A stretch of DNA of 64,000 nucleotides, from the IMG/VR virus record IMGVR_UViG_3300019854_000029, positions 56,360 through 120,359 of that record; one strand, written 5' to 3'. A program made the position numbers and the translations under genes. The DNA is from a virus. The notes under the pieces were generated by a model. It did no database searches and was not told the origin of the DNA. It worked only from the letters and a program-made list of their open reading frames with translations. This document shows, piece after piece, positions 59,446 through 64,000 of this stretch (position 1 is its first letter; the number at the start of each line of letters is the position of its first letter).

Positions 59446-60621
59446 TTACTTCTTCGCCTTCAGTTTCTTAGCGAGCTTGACGCGCGCCGCGTTCGCTGCG
59501 CCTCGAATATTGAGCAACCGCACGTCCGTAGACGAGTAAGGGAACAACTCAATGTAAGGGGCAATAGAACGCAATTCCTCAACGACCGCTTCAGCGAACG
59601 ACGTGTCAGCCTTACCGCGCGGGAGGCTACCACCGCCAACAATCAGCACGTAGTTGAGTTCTTGCGGGTCAATACTGATACGAGTGAACGTCTGCTTAAT
59701 CTGAGCAGCAGCCTTCGCGACAGTCTCACGAGTAGCAGACTCAATGAGCGGAGTAATGTCATCACGCTTAGACGCACCAGACGTGAGATACCCAGTAGAG
59801 AGAGCTTCTTCAAGCGCGTGACGAGATACGCGCCGCCCGAGCTTCAAGTCGATCAAGTTAGCGACGCGGCTCGCGATATTGTTTCCGCCAATCGGATACG
59901 AGTCGTAACTACCGGCGACCGGCTGCATCTGGTCAATGAACGTCAGGTCGGTAGTGCCCGCACCCACGTCAATGACGAGAATCTTCGAGTCCGCGTACTT
60001 TGAGCGTTCACTTGCCGGGGTGCCGTTCGTGAATGCAAGCGCAGCGAACGCCATCATTCCCTCGGGGCGGACAGTGAGACTATCAATGTCGATAGGGATA
60101 GTCAGGGTTGAGGGGCATGACACGGTGAACGAGTCGGTCTTAGTGAACAACGCGCGGAACATATCAGCGTGATCGCGACTGGTTTCTGTAGCGGGGGCAA
60201 GAATCGTCACGTCCCACGTGACATGAAGATTCCCAACAGCGCGCTTCACGACAGCAGCGATCTGCTTTTGCGCGACATACAGGGCGTAGCGGAACGACAG
60301 GAGCGTTGCGTGAGCCGCGTACTTGCGGCTTGTTGCGGTCGGTCGGATAGCTTCGACAGCGAACTCTCGCTCGACAATCGGCCCGGCGGCGAACCGGACG
60401 ATAGGAGCATCGTCCGCTAGGGAAGCGGGAGCATCAAAAACGATAGATTCCAGCGGCCCGGACGTGTACTGGTCGGGGACAACGTAATCATCGGGGAGCT
60501 GTGCGAAGGCGTTCGACAATCGCACGATCTCTTGGAGGGACGCGCGGTGCAGGCTGCATACGCGGGTCTCGGAGTTACCGAAATCAATGATGATTCCAGC
60601 ACTGGTCTTTTCCTCACTCAT
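59446..60621 (-). CDS. Actin-like ATPase (ParM/Alp family)
   Basis: Phosphate-1 IIIDFGNSETRV, phosphate-2 ILVIDVGAGTTDLTF, adenosine motif YVLIVGGGS. 391 aa. Confidence 0.75.
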   Translation of the reverse strand: MSEEKTSAGIIIDFGNSETRVCSLHRASLQEIVRLSNAFAQLPDDYVVPDQYTSGPLESIVFDAPASLADDAPIVRFAAGPIVEREFAVEAIRPTATSRKYAAHATLLSFRYALYVAQKQIAAVVKRAVGNLHVTWDVTILAPATETSRDHADMFRALFTKTDSFTVSCPSTLTIPIDIDSLTVRPEGMMAFAALAFTNGTPASERSKYADSKILVIDVGAGTTDLTFIDQMQPVAGSYDSYPIGGNNIASRVANLIDLKLGRRVSRHALEEALSTGYLTSGASKRDDITPLIESATRETVAKAAAQIKQTFTRISIDPQELNYVLIVGGGSLPRGKADTSFAEAVVEELRSIAPYIELFPYSSTDVRLLNIRGAANAARVKLAKKLKAKK

Positions 60622-60677
60622 ATTTCATTTGCCTTTCTGGGCTGACAACGGTCTGTTGTAATCTAATAATACTTGTG

Positions 60678-60703
60678 CTGTACCGAAATTATCGGTTAAT
60701 GGC
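60678..60703 (-). promoter_or_regulatory. Promoter module copy P6
   Basis: The minus-strand reading is GCCATTAACCGATAATTTCGGTACAG. The -10 GATAAT overlaps the TAA stop of 60689-61525 and lies ~65 nt upstream of the ATG at 60621. Confidence 0.5.
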
Positions 60704-61525
60704 CGGTTTCGATAACCGCTGGTTCAAGATGATGTCGTTCACCAGCGACGCGGACAAGGTTGGCTCAAGCAGCGGACCAACGTCTAACCCTTCCTCGCAC
60801 GCTTCTTGCACTCTTTGCATGTGGAACGCGCTGTAAATGAACGCGCCCGTTTCGTCTTGTGCGCTCAGGGCTTCCACGATGTCGCGGTGTTTGACGTACA
60901 TGTCGCTTTGGTAGATGTCCGCGAGCGCTTCGAGTGCGTCTGCTTGGGTTGCGCGCGTGAGAGTCAGGTATGACAGTGCGGGCGCGCGGCTGATAGCGGA
61001 TAACTGTTCCTCAGTGAGGTTCTTGCTCAGGAGCGAGGGGCGCGCTAAGCGGAGGAGGGACTGTAGGGCAGCGTTGCTGGCTGCGCCGCTCTTGAGGTAG
61101 GGGCGAATGTCGATGCCTTGCGCGAGAGCCGACTCGTAGAGGGGGATTTGGCTGCGCTTCATTCCCCTGAAGTCACAGTCTTGAATGGGGTAGCCGCGTC
61201 GCGCCCACGTGATGATCGCGCTCAATGCTTCCTCAGACAAGCCTTGCGTGACGAATGGTTTGAGGACGTTGAGGTTGAGTCCTTCTTGCATATACTCGCG
61301 TACTTGCTTCAACACGGGGGCGGGGAGGACAAAAAACACGTCTGGGACGGTTTCGATCATCGCGAGCCTGATCTGATGCAAGTCCTCTGGGGAGCGCTCA
61401 ATGTAGGGCAGGATTGGTGTCCCACGAAACAGTGCGCTTCTGATTTCTTCGCGAGTGTCGAGACTATACCCGGCAAAGATTGCGTCGAGGTTTTCTAGCG
61501 TGATTTCACGGCCACAGTATTCCAA
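60689..61525 (-). CDS. Hypothetical helical-repeat protein (278 aa)
   Basis: Apparent TTG start. It contains an internal repeat G(L/I)(N/D)(L/I/V)..(L/Y)L(K/E) three times. Confidence 0.55.
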   Translation of the reverse strand: MEYCGREITLENLDAIFAGYSLDTREEIRSALFRGTPILPYIERSPEDLHQIRLAMIETVPDVFFVLPAPVLKQVREYMQEGLNLNVLKPFVTQGLSEEALSAIITWARRGYPIQDCDFRGMKRSQIPLYESALAQGIDIRPYLKSGAASNAALQSLLRLARPSLLSKNLTEEQLSAISRAPALSYLTLTRATQADALEALADIYQSDMYVKHRDIVEALSAQDETGAFIYSAFHMQRVQEACEEGLDVGPLLEPTLSASLVNDIILNQRLSKPAINR

Positions 61526-62216
61526 GGGTGATGCCTTTCTGTGTGGATAGGATTTTGGGGAGCATGGGGACAGAGCGCGAGACTTTCATGAGCCTACGCA
61601 AAGACTTATCAGAGGGAGGATGCCCGAGGGCTTGCAACCAGCCGGTGCTGGCGGCGGGTTTCCCGGAGGGCATGACCATGAGGGACGCTAAACCCATCTG
61701 GTCGAGTGTCGCCTGATAGGAGGCGTTCGCCGCCATTATCGGGAGACGATAGTAGGACGCTGACACCACGTGGCCCACGCCGAGCGGCCCCGCGTATTGG
61801 AACCGGAAGCCGCCTTGAGTGACGAATGCTTCCACGCTGGTCATGTCAAGCACGATGGAGTCAAACAATATGCCGCCCGACGTTGAGGGACGCGCCCGGT
61901 AATGCTCGTTGTCTACGGGCACCCCGTATGTTGCCGACAATCCGGTGCGACGGTTCTGGATGCAACACAAGGCGTGCTGGAAGTACACGGCACTGCGCGT
62001 CCCGCGAGAATCTATACGCGGCAGAGGGATGATGCACAGTTGGTTTAATGCTTCCAGCCAGCGGTGCTGGTCGTCTTTACGTGAGCCAATCCGATACCTG
62101 CGGAACACGTTGTCCTCGCTGCGCGCGTAGATGATTTCCCGGCGCTGCGGGTCTACCTGATAGTAGGACAAGCACATTTGTTCCATGATCGCGCTCACCG
62201 TCATGGCCCTACGCAT
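61506..62216 (-). CDS. Hypothetical protein (~236 aa)
   Basis: I prefer the start at 62216 (MRRAMTV, GAAGGAA upstream). Alternatives are 62204 or the ORF-track 62333. Confidence 0.5.
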   Translation of the reverse strand: MRRAMTVSAIMEQMCLSYYQVDPQRREIIYARSEDNVFRRYRIGSRKDDQHRWLEALNQLCIIPLPRIDSRGTRSAVYFQHALCCIQNRRTGLSATYGVPVDNEHYRARPSTSGGILFDSIVLDMTSVEAFVTQGGFRFQYAGPLGVGHVVSASYYRLPIMAANASYQATLDQMGLASLMVMPSGKPAASTGWLQALGHPPSDKSLRRLMKVSRSVPMLPKILSTQKGITLGILWP

Positions 62217-63162
62217 AGAAGCGTGTTCCTTCAAGGACGAGCGCACGCCTCTGGGTTTCGTCGATACTCTCCCCGCAGGTCTCCCACGAGGGGGACGCGA
62301 GGTTGTACTCGCGCTTAAAGCGTTCATCGTCAAATGGGATACCTCGCTGTTTGAGAATCCAATACATGCCGTCCGGCTCAGTGAACGTTCGACTCACCGG
62401 CTCGCCGCCGCTGGTCACGATCATTTCCACGCTCACCGTCTCATCTAGGGGAGTGACGAGGAATGGTTCTTGGTAGCCCAAGAAGTTAATAGCCGTGTCC
62501 CTGAAGTCGAATGTTTTCTCACTGCCCTCAACGGGAGCCGCCACGATATCGACAAACGAACTCGCGGTCTCAGGACTGCGGGCAAGAAGTTCGCGATATG
62601 CTGCCATGTCCTCTTCGAGCGTGTACATCACCGGGTAAGCCAAGCCAGTGAACCCACTGTCAGTCACCGACGATACGACCATGACAACAGAGGAGAAGAT
62701 TTGCCCGATAGCGTTCTCCCCGGCGCGTATCTGCTTACGAGAATGAACGACGACGACGCTACCCGGCCCAAACCAAGCGGCCTCGCGTTTTTCTTTCACG
62801 CTCGCCACACGAAACAAGCCATGTAGTCGCGCCCGTTCGATATGAAGCCGGTAGTCCATGTCCGTTGAACGCTTCGTGTCATCCTCAACGATGAACACGC
62901 CGCCGGTTTCAACGCACGCCGCTTCAATGGGATACACGAACGACGGTAGGCGCTTTTGTTCATCGTCCAACTCGACAACGAGCGGCTTGTCTTTCCCCGC
63001 TGCTTCCCACTGGGCGATCCCCGTCAGGTATCGGAACACTGCTTCCGAGGACGTGTCAGACGGAACCGTGAGCGCATAGTTGTCGCCCACGTCGAGCGCC
63101 ACCACATCACCAACGGCAGTGAGTTCATCTGCACGCTTACGCGCGTCCTCCCACATACTCAT
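62209..63162 (-). CDS. Hypothetical protein (317 aa)
   Basis: I prefer the ATG at 63162 (MSMWEDARK), 5 nt after the upstream stop. The ORF-track TTG at 63243 overlaps the upstream gene. Confidence 0.55.
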   Translation of the reverse strand: MSMWEDARKRADELTAVGDVVALDVGDNYALTVPSDTSSEAVFRYLTGIAQWEAAGKDKPLVVELDDEQKRLPSFVYPIEAACVETGGVFIVEDDTKRSTDMDYRLHIERARLHGLFRVASVKEKREAAWFGPGSVVVVHSRKQIRAGENAIGQIFSSVVMVVSSVTDSGFTGLAYPVMYTLEEDMAAYRELLARSPETASSFVDIVAAPVEGSEKTFDFRDTAINFLGYQEPFLVTPLDETVSVEMIVTSGGEPVSRTFTEPDGMYWILKQRGIPFDDERFKREYNLASPSWETCGESIDETQRRALVLEGTRFYA

Positions 63163-63166
63163 CTGG

Positions 63167-63814
63167 CTACGCCTGCTTCGGAGCGGACTTAATGAATGCC
63201 CGGTAGTCCTCAACCTGACTGGACGAACCGATCTCACCCTCAAGGAGCTTCAACGCGAACGCCAACTGAACGGGCGGAACCTTTTCAAGCGTGGCAAGGA
63301 ACACGCTCTTACGAGCATCAGCAAGGAGCTGCATACCGGCAATGGCCTCAACGTGACTCATCGACTCACTCACCGGAGTATCACCCGCACGGAAACGAAT
63401 CTCTTGCAGCATGTACGGGTCAAACAAATCCGACAAGTCCTCGCGCCCCGTGTTCTCACACGCATCTAACGCGCGCTCACACGCATCCCACGCGCTACCC
63501 CCATTAAGGAAGTCACGGAAGAACCCAGCACCGAGCTTACGGGATGCTTCACGCAACCCAGCATCCCTGAGCTGGCGAACCGTGTTCGGCTTACGGCCAA
63601 CAGCTTGAGCGAGAGCATCAACGTCCGTGTAGCCGTCAAGATAAAGCGAGATGACTTGACGATAGAGCGGCTTGTCATAGTAAGAGCCGCCTCGAATGAA
63701 CGCGAGCGTGCGCTTCGCGATCTTCTGACCGCGTGCGCCCACGAGCGGTTTGCCGTCCGTATCGACCTCAGCGATCTTGAATCGCATTGCGTCGATATCC
63801 TGCCTGATACCCAT
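63167..63814 (-). CDS. Protein with a sigma-70 region-4-like HTH (215 aa), first gene downstream of IR-R
   Basis: ...YRQVISLYLDGYTDVDALAQAVGRKPNTVRQLRDAGLREASRKLG resembles region 4.2 of ECF-type sigma factors. No region 2 was recognised. Confidence 0.35.
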   Translation of the reverse strand: MGIRQDIDAMRFKIAEVDTDGKPLVGARGQKIAKRTLAFIRGGSYYDKPLYRQVISLYLDGYTDVDALAQAVGRKPNTVRQLRDAGLREASRKLGAGFFRDFLNGGSAWDACERALDACENTGREDLSDLFDPYMLQEIRFRAGDTPVSESMSHVEAIAGMQLLADARKSVFLATLEKVPPVQLAFALKLLEGEIGSSSQVEDYRAFIKSAPKQA

Positions 63815-63835
63815 TTCATCCTCTCTTTCACCCTG

Positions 63836-64000
63836 TTTTGTTGATGGTTTTCGTCGTCAAAACACATCAACCGGGGGTGTGTGTTTGGTCTAACCCCCGT
63901 GTTTTCGGAGACCTACCGGGTTTGGGAAGTCGTTGCGGGGGTTTTCTGATGGTGTTTTTCATCAGTTTTCTTACATCAGTTTACATCAGTCATCAAAAAA
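63836..64000. repeat. Right arm (IR-R) of the 165-bp inverted repeat (cut by the window end)
   Basis: Reverse complement of 4817-4981 with ~6 mismatches. It ends 22 nt upstream of the ATG at 63814 (minus strand). Confidence 0.9.

Overview
The window looks like an internal segment of a large conjugative element (plasmid or ICE) from a high-GC Gram-positive bacterium. Actinomycetota is suggested by a WhiB-like gene, an LAxTG sortase signal, frequent GTG/TTG starts, many ATGA/TGATG-coupled genes and a leaderless-type promoter. I recognised no rRNA, CRISPR, transposase, integrase, relaxase or phage structural genes. Genes lie in four strand blocks. (i) 1-7.7 kb (+): the end of an ester-bond adhesin, three tandem HTH-like paralogs, a ~630-bp non-coding region holding an iteron array and one arm of a 165-bp inverted repeat, then three unknown genes. 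(ii) 7.8-45.7 kb (-): a WhiB/HNH/RecT module, a membrane-anchored DUF1524 nuclease and a SpoVG-like gene. These are followed by a Gram-positive-type conjugative type IV secretion module (FtsK-like coupling ATPase, VirB4-like ATPase, NlpC/P60 hydrolase, a 1596-aa polytopic protein and many secreted/membrane unknowns). The block ends with a ~1340-aa Ig-repeat surface protein, a Ser/Thr kinase-PP2C-FHA triad, an excisionase-type HTH and a Rep-like winged-helix protein. (iii) 46.2-55.9 kb (+): an accessory block, lower in GC by eye, with two tRNA genes, paralog pairs, DUF262-like and ASCH-like proteins and a run of small membrane proteins. (iv) 56-63.8 kb (-): an actin-like (ParM/Alp) cassette and unknown genes, ending at the second arm of the inverted repeat. 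Most products cannot be assigned a function from sequence alone. The best leads are the kinase/phosphatase/FHA triad wired into the conjugation locus, the phased iteron array next to the three HTH paralogs, and the 165-bp inverted repeats that head two inward-facing operons 59 kb apart. Further leads are a ~26-bp promoter module reused at six operon heads, an aberrant tRNA with anticodon AUG plus a tRNA-Lys(UUU), and degenerate TadZ/ParA-like proteins inside the T4SS operon. All calls come from manual reading of the sequence and the ORF track; no searches were run.
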